A DNA stretch of 64,000 nt from Candidatus Zhuqueibacterota bacterium (GCA_049322915.1 JBMOPW010000003.1:1-64000); one strand, 5' to 3'; positions 29,269 through 40,904 are shown, counted from the stretch's first letter. The notes: a model not told the origin generated them from the letters alone. Program-made: numbers and translations.

Positions 29269-31980
29269 TTAATTTGCATGGGAGTCATGGACTCCAATTT
29301 TTTTTCGAAGTTCAATCGCTGCAAAGATGATGACGCCAATTCCGACGGCAATCCCCAAATCCATGAGCGACAACGGAGTGGTTTTAAAGAACGCCTGCAT
29401 CGGACCAAGGTACATCACCAGCAGTTGCAGCCCGGCCACCACAATCACCAGCACCATCATCAGCGGATTGGAGCGCAACCCAATGGTGAAGAGAGAAGCA
29501 TGGCTCGAACGGGCGGCGAGCGCCTGGCCGATCTGGGCAAACGCCAGAGAAGTGAAGACCATCGTTTGCCACGTGGCGCGACCATTGAAATAATACAGGG
29601 CCCCGACGATCAAAACAAGCGCACCGATGAGAGCGCCAATCCAGGCGGTCTGCTTGCCGGCGCCCCGGCTGAAAACTCCCTCCCGCGGTGAGTAGGGCGG
29701 CCGTCGCATAGTATCTTTTTCAGCGGGTTCGACGCACATGCCGAGTCCCAGCAAGCCGTCCGTGAGCAGGTTCAACCATAAAAGCTGAAGTGGCAGAAGT
29801 GGGATGGGCTTGCCCAGAAACGGCGCGAGCACCATGACCAGCACTTTGCCGATGTTGCCGGCGACAGAGAACTGCACGAATTTTCGAATATTGTCGTAGA
29901 TAGTGCGGCCTTCCTGCACGGCCTCCACAATCGTAGCGAAGTTGTCATCGAGCACCACCAGATCCGAGGCCTCTTTGGCCACATCCGTCCCGGTGATGCC
30001 CATGGCCACACCAATATCGGCCTGACGCAGGGCCGGCGCATCATTGACCCCGTCGCCGGTCATGGAAACAATGTCCCCGTTTTCCTGGAACGCCTGAATG
30101 ATGCGAAGCTTATGCTCCGGAGCCACGCGCGCGAAGATATTCACATCGCTCAGTTCTTTGCGCAATTCATCGTCACTGAGTTTTTCGAGATCAGCGCCGG
30201 TCAGCGCCCGACCGTTGTCGGAAATTCCCAGTTGCCGTGCGATTTCGACCGCGGTCAGCGGGTGATCGCCGGTGATCATTACCGTGCGGATCCCGGCGGT
30301 TTTCGTGAGGCGCACCGCATCGCGCACCTCCGGCCGGGGTGGGTCGATCATTCCGAACAGCCCGACAAAGATGAGGTCGCTTTCTTCGTCAGTGCCCGGG
30401 CTATCAGGGAGCCGACTCAGGGTCCGATAGGCCACACCCAGGACGCGCATTCCTTTTCGCGCAAAGCCTTCATTGGTATCCAAAATACGCTTCCGCCACG
30501 TGTCGTTCATGGTTTCAATTTGATCACCTGTCTGAACGCGGTTGGCAATATTCAACAAACCATCGGCGCTGCCTTTGGTGAAAGCGATGTAATGATCGCG
30601 ATGAACATTCACGCCGACCAGATTTTGGAGCCGATCGTGATTCAATTGGTGAATGGTAGTCATCCGCTTGCGCGAAGAGTCGAAAGGCAATTCAGCGATT
30701 CGGGGGAATTCGGCGTCGAGCGATGATTTCCAGTAGCCCATCTGAGCCGCAGCAGCCACCAGCGCGCCCTCGGTGGGGTCGCCGATCGTGTGGTAACTGG
30801 AGTCATTTTTCTCTATCAGACGGGCATCGTTGCAAAGCGCGCCGCCCAACACCAGCAATGAGAGAGGCGACTGGACCGGAATGCCCTGGCTGCGGGAAGT
30901 TTGAACCGAATCGCCTTTCATTTCTTCGGTCAGGTCCAATTCATGGCCGGCGACGTCCAACACGACGACGGTCATTCTGTTCTCCGTCAGCGTGCCTGTT
31001 TTGTCGGAGCAGATGACAGTGACAGAGCCCAGGGTTTCGACGGCCGGCAGTTTGCGGATCAGCGCATTGCGATGCAGCATGCGTTGCGCGCCCAATGCCA
31101 GCGTAATGGTGACGACTGCCGGCAGGCCTTCCGGCACAATGGCAACAGCGACCGAGACGGCCGTCAGCAGCATGTGCTGAATTTGGTCGCCGCGCCAAAT
31201 TCCCAGGATAAAAACAAACGCAGCGATGGCGGCTCCCACGCCAGCCAGCATTTTGCCCAATTGATCGAGACGCCGCTGAAGGGGCGTCTGCTCTTTGCCA
31301 GCCTGCTGAATGAGATTGGCGATTTTCCCCAATTCGGTCTGCATGCCGGTGGCCACCACGAGCGCGCGGCCGCGTCCCTGAGTGACCACGGTGCCCATGT
31401 AGCCCAGATTGCGACGATCGCCAAGGGGAAGGCCATTGCCAATCATCACCTGGGTCTGCTTTTCAACCGGTTCGGACTCCCCGGTCAGCGTGGCTTCCTG
31501 AATTCTGAGATTCACTGCCTCGATCAATCGAACATCGGCCGGGACGACGTTGCCGGTTTCGAGTTGTAACACGTCGCCGGGGACGAGTTCGCGCGCGGAG
31601 ATTTCCAGCAGTGCGCCGTCCCGAGTCACCCTCACTGTGGGCGTGGACATGCGTTTGAGTGAAGCGATCGCTTTTTCAGCCCGATATTCCTGAATGAATC
31701 CGAGAATCGAATACAGCACGACAATGGCGAAAATGGCGATGGCATTTTTAGAATCACCGAGAATAGTGGCGGCGACAGCCGCGGCGATGAGAATCAGCAC
31801 CATAGTGGCCGTGAGTTGTTCCCAGAGAATCCCGAGCGGAGTTCGGCCGCCTTTTTCAATGAGTTCGTTATGACCAAGTTGTGCCAGGCGGGATTGCGCC
31901 TCAGCGGCGCTCAGGCCATTGCGCTCGTGCGAATGTAGTTCGTGGATTGCGTGTCCGATTTCAGTGAGATGCCAATTCAT
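29269..31980 (-). CDS. Cation-transporting P-type ATPase (Ca2+-type, P2A)
   Basis: [31 protein letters not shown]. Confidence 0.95.
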   Translation of the reverse strand: MNWHLTEIGHAIHELHSHERNGLSAAEAQSRLAQLGHNELIEKGGRTPLGILWEQLTATMVLILIAAAVAATILGDSKNAIAIFAIVVLYSILGFIQEYRAEKAIASLKRMSTPTVRVTRDGALLEISARELVPGDVLQLETGNVVPADVRLIEAVNLRIQEATLTGESEPVEKQTQVMIGNGLPLGDRRNLGYMGTVVTQGRGRALVVATGMQTELGKIANLIQQAGKEQTPLQRRLDQLGKMLAGVGAAIAAFVFILGIWRGDQIQHMLLTAVSVAVAIVPEGLPAVVTITLALGAQRMLHRNALIRKLPAVETLGSVTVICSDKTGTLTENRMTVVVLDVAGHELDLTEEMKGDSVQTSRSQGIPVQSPLSLLVLGGALCNDARLIEKNDSSYHTIGDPTEGALVAAAAQMGYWKSSLDAEFPRIAELPFDSSRKRMTTIHQLNHDRLQNLVGVNVHRDHYIAFTKGSADGLLNIANRVQTGDQIETMNDTWRKRILDTNEGFARKGMRVLGVAYRTLSRLPDSPGTDEESDLIFVGLFGMIDPPRPEVRDAVRLTKTAGIRTVMITGDHPLTAVEIARQLGISDNGRALTGADLEKLSDDELRKELSDVNIFARVAPEHKLRIIQAFQENGDIVSMTGDGVNDAPALRQADIGVAMGITGTDVAKEASDLVVLDDNFATIVEAVQEGRTIYDNIRKFVQFSVAGNIGKVLVMVLAPFLGKPIPLLPLQLLWLNLLTDGLLGLGMCVEPAEKDTMRRPPYSPREGVFSRGAGKQTAWIGALIGALVLIVGALYYFNGRATWQTMVFTSLAFAQIGQALAARSSHASLFTIGLRSNPLMMVLVIVVAGLQLLVMYLGPMQAFFKTTPLSLMDLGIAVGIGVIIFAAIELRKKIGVHDSHAN

Positions 31981-32133
31981 TGTGACTCCGGATTTTGTGA
32001 GAATTATCGTGGTCGCTTATATCAGTAACAGGTTGAGGGAGAAAGCGCCCGCGGCTATAGCCCGGGTTCTCTTCGCCAAATCGACTCACCACTCTGAACA
32101 GCGCGCTATTCAGATTATAGCCGAGACAGAAAA

Positions 32134-34020
32134 TCATTTTATGACTGTCAGTTTATACCACTGAGCACCCCTGCAAGTTTCGATGCGATACAGGTAAACG
32201 CCGGAAGCGACAGATTGACCTGCGTTATTTTGCCCGTTCCAGAGCACGCGGTTCCAGCCGGGATTCGCGATGAGATTGGGCCAGGATTTTATCAGTTGGC
32301 CCAGCGGATTGAAAATCTGCACGTTTGCCGGGCCCGGTCGTTCAGCATAAAACTGAATGGTCGTGGCGTTGTTGAGCGGATTGGGATAGTTGAAGCTGGT
32401 CTCATATTTTTCAGGCAAGGCATCAGGAACAATTTCCACGGCCGTTGAATTGGGCAACCATTCCATCAGTTTTTCCCGCTCCATCTCGCCGCCGCTGGAG
32501 CTATTGGCGACATTGTACGTCCACCACATCCCGGTGACGCCGCCGCCGCTGATGGTGGTTGAAAACGCCTGGTTGGACATGGCGCCGAAATAACGCGCCT
32601 GGTTGCCGGGATATTCTTTATCATCCCAGGTGCAGTCAATCGGAACCCATCCGTAATTGGGAAAATAGACCTGCTGCCAGCGATGAAAGATGCGGTCTTC
32701 GTACGGGAGGTCGTCGCGAAGATGCCCGCCAGCTTCCATTCGCGCCGGGATGCCGGCGGCGCGGCACAGCGCCACAAACAAAAACGTGTATTCAGAACAG
32801 GAGCCGGTGCCGCGGCTGAGCACTATCGGAGCGGTGTCCCAACTGCTGTCGTTGATGTATTCGATGTGCGAAATCACGTAATCGTGGATATTGCGCACCT
32901 GCCAGTACAGATTGCTTTCATCGCCAATGGCCTCTTGCGCTGCATTACGAATGACAGGATGGGTTATGTCGTAATACTCGCCGTCCGGCGTGTACATGGT
33001 GATGATGGATTGCGGAATGTCCGTCAATTCGCCAACACTGTCAGGGTGAAGGAAATAGCGGATGTTGTACAGCGTGGCCGGCACAGACCACTGGTACAAT
33101 TTTTCTTCGCCCGCCGGAACGGACTCTTCGTAATAGGCAATTTGTTGACCGAAGTAGTCAGTATAAAAAGTGTGCGGTTCATCCCTGAACTGAAGCGTAT
33201 CTTCCAATTGCTGGTAGACGGCTTCGAACGGGCAGGCTAAGTAGGTCTGCAAATTCATCACGCTGGAGCCGACATTTTTGATGGTGACAGTGTACCTGAT
33301 TTTCACCAGAAATGGATCGGTGATTTGATATTTTTCTGTTCCGGCGATGGAGATTTTATAAATCCGGTCGTGCTCGTAATCGGCATTCCAGAGGAAATGG
33401 CCGTCGAAAGCCAGTCCGTAGGAATAGGTACCCGGCGCATTCAGGATAGTGAAAATCCTGCCGCGATCTGTTTCCAGCCGGTAGATTTCATCTTTATCGT
33501 AATCCGCGCACCATAGATATTCGCCGTCCCAGGCTAATCCGCGATTGTAGCCGCCGGGCGAAATGAGCGTGTCGGCGTAGCTGCCGGTTTCCGGGTTTAG
33601 TTTGAAGATGCGCTTCGCCTGGCTGTCCACGTACCAGAGAAACTCGCCGTCCCAAGTTAGCCCGCGGGGATTTTCGGTTCCCACCGGAACAATTTTGGTG
33701 ATGGAACTATCTTCGACGTCGATTTGGCAGAGCTGGTCGTGCCCGTTATCCGAGCACCAGAGGAACTGGCCGTCCCAGGCCAGGCCGTTTATCGTGGCGT
33801 TTGCCGGGCTGGGCAGGGAATAGAGTACCTGTCCGGTCTGCGGATCGATCTTGTAAATTTGGTTTGTGCCAATATCCGCATTCCACAAAAATTCGCCGTC
33901 CCAGGCTAACCCGGTGGGGCGACTCCCGGGCGAAGGGAAAAAATCCAGGACAGCACCCATCTGGGCGTGACCAGTTGAAAAGAGAAAAAGAATAATCCCG
34001 ATGAGCTTCATTGGTTTCAT
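32134..34020 (-). CDS. GLAWDG-repeat propeller plus transglutaminase-like domain plus T9SS CTD
   Basis: Five GLAWDG repeats; GSCSEY...CRAAGIPAR; HRW; PID; NYPNP CTD. Confidence 0.88.
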   Translation of the reverse strand: MKPMKLIGIILFLFSTGHAQMGAVLDFFPSPGSRPTGLAWDGEFLWNADIGTNQIYKIDPQTGQVLYSLPSPANATINGLAWDGQFLWCSDNGHDQLCQIDVEDSSITKIVPVGTENPRGLTWDGEFLWYVDSQAKRIFKLNPETGSYADTLISPGGYNRGLAWDGEYLWCADYDKDEIYRLETDRGRIFTILNAPGTYSYGLAFDGHFLWNADYEHDRIYKISIAGTEKYQITDPFLVKIRYTVTIKNVGSSVMNLQTYLACPFEAVYQQLEDTLQFRDEPHTFYTDYFGQQIAYYEESVPAGEEKLYQWSVPATLYNIRYFLHPDSVGELTDIPQSIITMYTPDGEYYDITHPVIRNAAQEAIGDESNLYWQVRNIHDYVISHIEYINDSSWDTAPIVLSRGTGSCSEYTFLFVALCRAAGIPARMEAGGHLRDDLPYEDRIFHRWQQVYFPNYGWVPIDCTWDDKEYPGNQARYFGAMSNQAFSTTISGGGVTGMWWTYNVANSSSGGEMEREKLMEWLPNSTAVEIVPDALPEKYETSFNYPNPLNNATTIQFYAERPGPANVQIFNPLGQLIKSWPNLIANPGWNRVLWNGQNNAGQSVASGVYLYRIETCRGAQWYKLTVIK

Positions 34021-34039
34021 GGTGATATCTCAGTTTTAA

Positions 34040-34279
34040 GCCCACGGAACACACGAAAGAGCACGAAAAAATTGACATCAATGGGTTCAATTTAAAAAGG
34101 GGCTAAAGTCCAAAATAACGGAAGAATTCTATTCCCCGACTTAAAAGTCGGGGCTATTCAAATTGTCCAACATTTAAATATTCAATAGAATAGCCACGTC
34201 ATTTATGACATGGAAGCCTTTTAATGCTTTTTAAAGTAGACGCGTAAATCTTCAGCGTTCTTTCGCGTGTTCAGCGGGC
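34040..34279. repeat. Inverted-repeat element (CAC.GAA.ACAC.AAA type) with nested REP-like hairpins
   Basis: gcccacggaacacacgaaagagcacgaa pairs with ttcagcgttctttcgcgtgttcagcgggc; inner CCCCGACTT-aa-AAGTCGGGG at 34134-34153. Confidence 0.6.
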
Positions 34280-34379
34280 AATAATTTTGACTTTAAATTA
34301 AAATCGCCAATTACACACGGTGTGAAAAAGGCTTTGTGCAATTGGCGAATGCGTATTTAGCGTAATACATTCCGGCAAA

Positions 34380-36080
34380 TTACTTCATCAACACCATCCG
34401 CTTGGACTGCGTCATGCTGCCGGCGGTGAGTTGATAGAAATAAACACCGGACGGCAGATTGGCTGCGTTCCAGGTAACGCCTTTGAATCCTGCGTCCATG
34501 GGTTTATCGATCACAGTAGCCACTTCCTGTCCCATTTCATTGAACACCTTCAGCGTCACATGCGCGCGCTCAGTCAGGTCGAATGTTATGCTTGTTGTCG
34601 GATTGAACGGATTGGGGTAGTTCTGATGCAACTGGAAGCTCTCCGGCGTCAGAGTGGTGACGTTCTCTTTCACACGGGTAGCGCGGGCTTTGACGGTGTC
34701 GGTCGGAACGCCAAGATACATTCCCATATCTGCATCCTCTGTATGATGGCGGTAAAGAATGTGCAGTTTATCCGTTGCATATTTTGCCATACCGTTGGGT
34801 GCATGTCCGGACCATTGATCCAATACAGAAACCGGGCCGTGCCAGGTCGATCCGTTATCATCGGAATAGATGACCATGATGTTATAATTGAAATTGGCTT
34901 CGTCGCCCATGGCGCCTGTGGTATCTACTACATCGAAATAAGCGTAGTAGAGCGTCCCGTCCGGGCCGATGGCAGGTTCATTCATTTCATACTCTTCCAC
35001 GTCTGAAGGCCAATCACCCCAGGCTGCTATTCCATTGGGTAGCAATGTTGGAATTGCGATTTTGGTAACATCCCAGGTACTGCCATCGAAACGGAAGTCG
35101 TAGCCATAATAAGGAACCGGGAATGTGCCATCGCTCTCCAATGTATCGTAAGAGACGGCAAAGATGTGCCAGTTACCGGCCCCATCGACCATAGGTGAAC
35201 TGAAATTGCGATAGTTATCGGCATCGGAATTGTATAGAGTTTCTGCTCCGGGGATAACCGCCGGGGCTGTCCAGGTCTGGCCCAGGTCGTCGGAGAAGCA
35301 GTAAATATTGGTCCAAATATCTGTTTCCAATAATTTCGCGCCGGCAGAGACCATCACTGTGTTGTTGGGTCCCATTCCAACTCCTAAACCACGGGAAGAG
35401 AAATCAAAAACATAATTTGATTTGCCCACATCGTCCGTATCTTCGGAAATGGGCACTTTGGGCCGGGACCATGTCATACCGGCATCCTTGGTGACGTAAT
35501 AATACAATCCATCCCCTGGCTCGCCGGTATGCCATCCGCCAACTCCCCAGATATTTTCGTCTTCTGGCGAAACCGCAATGGACAGATAGCTTGAGTGAAG
35601 TACAGTATCTGCCGTGCCAACATCGTCAATAAAATAATTGACGAATGCACCGCCACCCCAACCGGCGACGTCTGTTGCCACCACAGGTATACGAGTTTTG
35701 TTAACAGAGGCATTTCGATCCTCGTAAGCAACAATTGGCGTAGTTGAGATACCACACACCGAAGCGTAACGGGCGTCCATAATAGGACCAACCCCGAAGT
35801 TAAGCATTTCGTGAATCTGCCAAGTGGCTCCGCCATCGATCGAAGTTGCGGCTGTTATTTTTCGTGGATCCGGATCGGTGCTATTATAACGATACCACGC
35901 AACAACCAGGTTTCCTGTTGTCGGATCACAGTAAATCTGATTCTGAACACCCCTGTAAATACCGTTATAGAGTGTAGTGTCCACCCGAACCGGTTCAACG
36001 ATGGGCACAGGTTGTGCCATCACAAAGCCCACGCAGAGCACGCTTAAAACAAAACTGAGGATTGTAACTTTTTTAATCAT
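34380..36080 (-). CDS. Secreted BNR/Asp-box propeller (sialidase-like fold) with T9SS CTD
   Basis: S.DGGATW, T.DAGMTW, SDDLGQTW and SDDNGSTW Asp-boxes; CTD. Confidence 0.8.
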   Translation of the reverse strand: MIKKVTILSFVLSVLCVGFVMAQPVPIVEPVRVDTTLYNGIYRGVQNQIYCDPTTGNLVVAWYRYNSTDPDPRKITAATSIDGGATWQIHEMLNFGVGPIMDARYASVCGISTTPIVAYEDRNASVNKTRIPVVATDVAGWGGGAFVNYFIDDVGTADTVLHSSYLSIAVSPEDENIWGVGGWHTGEPGDGLYYYVTKDAGMTWSRPKVPISEDTDDVGKSNYVFDFSSRGLGVGMGPNNTVMVSAGAKLLETDIWTNIYCFSDDLGQTWTAPAVIPGAETLYNSDADNYRNFSSPMVDGAGNWHIFAVSYDTLESDGTFPVPYYGYDFRFDGSTWDVTKIAIPTLLPNGIAAWGDWPSDVEEYEMNEPAIGPDGTLYYAYFDVVDTTGAMGDEANFNYNIMVIYSDDNGSTWHGPVSVLDQWSGHAPNGMAKYATDKLHILYRHHTEDADMGMYLGVPTDTVKARATRVKENVTTLTPESFQLHQNYPNPFNPTTSITFDLTERAHVTLKVFNEMGQEVATVIDKPMDAGFKGVTWNAANLPSGVYFYQLTAGSMTQSKRMVLMK

Positions 36081-36371
36081 GTCGCTCTCCTTTCAAAAAA
36101 GAATTGTTGCTACCCGGGCCAGATCCGGTTCGACAGTTTGCTGAAACGTCATTCGATGGAATTCGGGATGGATGGCATAATCAAGCTGTTCGAAAATCGG
36201 GCGTGCCGCAATTTTGTTTGACCCGAGAATCAATTTCTTCAATGAACAGAAATTGAAGAAATCCGAATTTACAGTTCGGGCAGCCTGTTTTGAATCCGTT
36301 CTTTGCGTCGATCTGATTTGACCTGGTAGTATGAATTTAAGTGAATTGTTTATCTAAAAAAAATAGACATC

Positions 36372-37784
36372 TCAACTGCCGGCGATGGTTTCATCATCTC
36401 GGATTTTAGGTGCAATAGCAAAGCCGGTGAATCCATAAATCAATGCGAAGATCAGTCCCAGATAACACATAATCGCCCAGGGCGCATAGGCAGTGGTTGG
36501 CACGTCCAGTGTCCCGGCCATAAAAACGCCGGCCATGCTCCAGGGAATGAGCGGCACAACGACGGTGCCGGAATCCTCCGTGGTTCGGGATAAATTTTTA
36601 GCCGCCAATCCTCGCGCCCTGAACGCCGGTGCGAATAATTCACCCGGTATGAGAATTGAGAGGAACGAACTTCCGGTCATCAGAGCGACTGCAATACATG
36701 AACTGACAACAGCAGCGATGAGCGCGCCGGTGCTTCTGGCCACTTTCAACAGGCGATCTAAAATCACATCCAGCATGCCGGCTTTCTGGACGATGCCGGC
36801 GAAAGAAAAAGCGCAGAATGCAATGAGCGTCACATGCATCATCCCGGCCATACCACCTCGGCTGAAAAGATTGTCCACGGATTCCACGCCAGTCCGGGAT
36901 TCATAGCCAATCGTGATGGCCGTTGCGACCTGTTTCAAAGTGATGTCCTGAAAAATGAGGGCCAGGATCGTCGCCAGCAGTGTGACGATGAGCATTCCGG
37001 GGATGGTCGGTTTTTTTCGAATCGCAAAATAGAGAATCCCTATCGGAGGCAACAACAATAGCCAATGAAAATGGAAATGAGTCTGAATGGTATTTGAAAT
37101 CAGATCCATTTGATCGGATTTCAAAATGCCGCTATCGAAAGATCTGCCCAAAAAATAATACACAACGAGACCGATAATCCATGCTGGCGTTGTTGTCCAC
37201 AGCATGTGTTTAATATGATCGAACAGATTGCTCTTCGCGGCAATGGGCGCTAAATTGGTCGTATCAGAAAAAGGCGAAATTTTATCTCCGAAATAGGACC
37301 CGGCGACGATGGCGCCGGCAGCCTGAGCCAAGGGAATGCCCATCCCCTGAGCTATGCCCATGAATGCCACCCCCATGGTCCCGACTGTTCCCCATGATGT
37401 CCCGGTAAGTGCAGAGATAACGCTGCACACGAAACAGGCTGTCACCAGAAATAATTTCGGAGAGATCGTTTTCAACCCGTAATAGACGAGCATGGGAATG
37501 GTGCCGCAGGCGATCCACGAGCCGATGAGCAATCCCACACAAATGACGATTAACATAGCAGGCATGGCTTTGGAAATGCTGACCACGATTCCTTCTTCCA
37601 ATTCTCGCCAGGTATATCCCAGCCGAAGCGCGATCAGTCCCGAGACAAACGCAGCGGCAATGAGGAGTATCTCCGCATTGAGCCTGAATATTCCATACCC
37701 GATTCCTAAAAAAAGTGCTATGAAGTTAAGCGGAAGCAGCGCTTCAAAAAAAGTAGGTTTCCGTTTGGTGCTCGTGGATGTCAT
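36372..37784 (-). CDS. nhaC: NhaC family Na+/H+ antiporter or amino-acid transporter
   Basis: GTSWGT.GT.G, G.YFGDK.SP.SDTTNLA, SRTTEDSGT...LIPW. Confidence 0.9.
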   Translation of the reverse strand: MTSTSTKRKPTFFEALLPLNFIALFLGIGYGIFRLNAEILLIAAAFVSGLIALRLGYTWRELEEGIVVSISKAMPAMLIVICVGLLIGSWIACGTIPMLVYYGLKTISPKLFLVTACFVCSVISALTGTSWGTVGTMGVAFMGIAQGMGIPLAQAAGAIVAGSYFGDKISPFSDTTNLAPIAAKSNLFDHIKHMLWTTTPAWIIGLVVYYFLGRSFDSGILKSDQMDLISNTIQTHFHFHWLLLLPPIGILYFAIRKKPTIPGMLIVTLLATILALIFQDITLKQVATAITIGYESRTGVESVDNLFSRGGMAGMMHVTLIAFCAFSFAGIVQKAGMLDVILDRLLKVARSTGALIAAVVSSCIAVALMTGSSFLSILIPGELFAPAFRARGLAAKNLSRTTEDSGTVVVPLIPWSMAGVFMAGTLDVPTTAYAPWAIMCYLGLIFALIYGFTGFAIAPKIRDDETIAGS

Positions 37785-37815
37785 GAAAATTCCATTTCAT
37801 CTTTGTGAAAGATAC

Positions 37816-39429
37816 TCATTCGAGCGGTGACCATTCACCGTATTGTTCGATGTAAATGCGACATTTATCTTTGGATGTCCATCGATTATTGAAGTTGTAT
37901 GTCCAGTCGAGATAATCGGAGCCCCCGCCGCCAGTGGTAGTAATGATATAGCGGCAGGCGATATTGCCAATGCCGGCTGCCTGTTCGCCGGGTCTGGCTT
38001 TGTCGCCTTTGTTGGCGTCGAAGGGGATCCAGCCGTAATTTGGCAGATACACCTCGCACCATCGATGATAGACTTCGTCGAGGCTGGCGTCGTCGCCCCG
38101 TTGCGATACAGCGCCGACATAACGGGCAGGAAGCCCTGCGGCGCGGCACAGCGCGATGAATGAAAATGAATATTCGGAACAGGATGCCGTGCCTCGTTTC
38201 AAGACGGTCGTTGCAGTGTTCCACCCGCCGACTGGCTTTAAATTGTACGTGAGATTTTCGATGAGATAATTAAAAATCTTCCGCGCCATCCAGTAGGGAT
38301 TCTGCTCGTCCCCAACGATTTTTTTTGCCAGGTTCTGAATGAAGGGTTCGTGGACGTTGAGTTTCTTTCCATCAGCAAGATACGTTTTCAATATTTCAAC
38401 CGGCACACTTTCGAGTGCGCCCACTTTAACCGGATCAATGAAATATTCGGCCGCCCAGATCGTGGCATCAATGGTCATCGTCGCCCGAAAAAATTCCCCG
38501 CTTTTAAGATTTTTCACATTGAAATAAGCGACCTTTTGGCCCCATTGGTCAGTCAGGATTTTTTCCGGTTCAGGGACAAATGTGACGGGGCGAGACAGTT
38601 GCTGGTTATCCCTGTTTTCCGGGATGGCGAGATACACATCTGCCGAGATGACGGTGCCTGGTCCGTAATTTCTGAAATCGATGGTATTCTCCAGCCGTTG
38701 TTTCTTGGGGGACAACTTTGTCAGAAACACCGGATCATCGATTTTTATCCTATAAATTTTGTCCGCTTGATAATCCACATTCCAGAGAAAAGCGCCATCC
38801 CAGGCGAGTCCGCGGGCGTATTGGTCCGGTGCGTGAATGGACCCGATGACCATGCCGCTGTTCCGATCCATGCGATAAATAGCATTCTCGCCCCGATCGG
38901 CGATCCACAAACAGTGCCCGTCAAAAGCCAATCCGTCAGGATCGTCGGCTGGCGATGGGAAATTGTGAATCATCATGCCGTCCTCAGGGTCAAGACTGAG
39001 CACCAGATCCAGTTTGTCATCGACGACCCAGAGCAATGTACCATCCCAGCAAATGTCTTTGGGATTATCGGTGCAGGCTTCGATCACGCGTTCAGCGATT
39101 CCGGTTTCAATATTCATTCTGTAAAGAAATCGCTCCTTATCATCCATCGCCCAGAGATGCGTGCCATCCCAGGCCAAACCCGTCGGACTGAAACCGGGCG
39201 CGGGAAAAGTGTGAATGACGAGGCCATTATTCGGATCGATCTGATACAGATTATCAGTTTTTCGGTCAGCAACCCAGAGGTATTTTCCGTCAAACGCAAG
39301 CCCCGTCGGATGGTCTCCGGGTGAATTCATTGTGTATACGATTTCACCAACAAAAGCAAAACTCACCTGTGAGCAAAGGCTCATCCAACTGAGGAAGCCA
39401 AGCATAAACCATATTCTCAAGGTTTTCAT
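37816..39429 (-). CDS. GLA[WF]DG-repeat propeller plus transglutaminase-like protein (no CTD)
   Basis: Signal peptide; ASCSEY..CRAAGLPAR; HRW; PFD; paralog of 32134-34020. Confidence 0.88.
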   Translation of the reverse strand: MKTLRIWFMLGFLSWMSLCSQVSFAFVGEIVYTMNSPGDHPTGLAFDGKYLWVADRKTDNLYQIDPNNGLVIHTFPAPGFSPTGLAWDGTHLWAMDDKERFLYRMNIETGIAERVIEACTDNPKDICWDGTLLWVVDDKLDLVLSLDPEDGMMIHNFPSPADDPDGLAFDGHCLWIADRGENAIYRMDRNSGMVIGSIHAPDQYARGLAWDGAFLWNVDYQADKIYRIKIDDPVFLTKLSPKKQRLENTIDFRNYGPGTVISADVYLAIPENRDNQQLSRPVTFVPEPEKILTDQWGQKVAYFNVKNLKSGEFFRATMTIDATIWAAEYFIDPVKVGALESVPVEILKTYLADGKKLNVHEPFIQNLAKKIVGDEQNPYWMARKIFNYLIENLTYNLKPVGGWNTATTVLKRGTASCSEYSFSFIALCRAAGLPARYVGAVSQRGDDASLDEVYHRWCEVYLPNYGWIPFDANKGDKARPGEQAAGIGNIACRYIITTTGGGGSDYLDWTYNFNNRWTSKDKCRIYIEQYGEWSPLE

Positions 39430-39966
39430 CCTTCTCTCCTCAAAAAATGAAAATCAAAGCGATTCTTATAACAGGTATTGGGCCATGCGCGTTGCAAAGA
39501 AAGTAGTGAATGAATTATATGTAAATCGAGTTGGTTCACACTCAAAATACAAGTCAATCATCGTATGCGTTTTCAATGATGATGCCAAAATGTATGGCTG
39601 GGTAAAACAAAAAAATATCCAGGGGAAGAAGTCGCTTCGCTAACCGGGAGCTATTAGCGACAACCTGAATCCCATCTCATCCGGATAGTCGAGGTCGAAT
39701 AGTCCAGGTCGGAAATTGGCTGCCTGTATTTAAAATCCAAAGAGCATCATTTCATTCAAAAACGATTCGTATCATTCAAAGGAACGAAAATTTTCAGGTT
39801 TCCCCGGTAAAATAATATTGAAGTGAAAAGTTACCTGGTTGTTGAGATTTTATGCAGGCATTATCAAAAAAAAATAATGCTAAACAAATTGAAATATAAG
39901 CCGATTAATTAATAGTAATACTATATACTTAAATTGGCCCACGATGCGTGCGAAGAAAGGTATTGT

Positions 39967-40842
39967 CTATCTAAAGTAATCGGTGTGCACATCGAAATCA
40001 AAATTTGTCTTGATCCCTTCGAGTGAAGATAAGACTTCGAGAGAATGGGACCGATCTTTTAATCCAATCCCCGTTGCCAATGCGCACACAAATGTTAGAA
40101 TAGCGCTGGCAGTATTGATGAAGACAATATTTTCAGACGAAACTGGAAACACAACATCCGAGAATTCTGCGATGGGTGCGACCAATTTATCTGTAATCGA
40201 AATGACCCTAACGCCTTTTGAATGGGCCATTTCAGCAGCTTCGATCGTGGCTAACGTGTATGGCACCAGGCTGATAGCAATGATGGTATCTTCCTTTTTG
40301 ATGGCGAGAATTTGTTCATGAAAGCTGAATCCACAAGAAGTAAACGCTGCCGCTTTCAAGGTGATCCGATTCAGAAAATAAGCAGTCAGTTGTGATAGAT
40401 GCATGGAAATCCCGGCGCCTATAGTATAAATTTTGGAAGCGGAAACGCACAGATCAACTGCCTTATCAAAAGAGGCTCGGTCGAGTTTATCAAACGTAAG
40501 ACGTATATTTTCTATTTCATTGTTGGCAATGACGGACACAAAATCTGATTTAAGGGGTGCATTATCCAACACGTCCTTGAATTTTTTGGTTGCAGTAAGA
40601 TTATCGCGAAGCCTATCTGAAAGTTCTGCTTTTAATTCAAGGAATCCTTTGTAGCCTAATGCCTGTGCCAAACGAACAATTGTCGCTTTACCAACTTTCA
40701 ATTTATCGGCTATTGTATCGATCGATGAAAAGGCAATTTCTTCAGGATGGTCAATAAGGAACTGGGCGATTTTTTTTTGATTCTTTGTGAGTTGCGAAAT
40801 ATTATTTAGGATGAGTTGCTTATAGGCAGAAATTTCAGGCAT
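39967..40842 (-). CDS. MurR/RpiR family transcriptional regulator
   Basis: LTKNQKKIA.F...ATIVRLAQALGYKGF HTH plus SIS domain (ISITD...P). Confidence 0.92.
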   Translation of the reverse strand: MPEISAYKQLILNNISQLTKNQKKIAQFLIDHPEEIAFSSIDTIADKLKVGKATIVRLAQALGYKGFLELKAELSDRLRDNLTATKKFKDVLDNAPLKSDFVSVIANNEIENIRLTFDKLDRASFDKAVDLCVSASKIYTIGAGISMHLSQLTAYFLNRITLKAAAFTSCGFSFHEQILAIKKEDTIIAISLVPYTLATIEAAEMAHSKGVRVISITDKLVAPIAEFSDVVFPVSSENIVFINTASAILTFVCALATGIGLKDRSHSLEVLSSLEGIKTNFDFDVHTDYFR

Positions 40843-40904
40843 TTAATTCTCTTGAGCTAAACAATTATTTCATTACAAAATTATAATGAAACTATTTTCT
40901 CAAA

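Noticed and set aside
31981..32133. yybP-ykoY riboswitch upstream of the P-type ATPase
   Set aside because: Conserved GGGGAGUA and CGAGACC elements are not seen.
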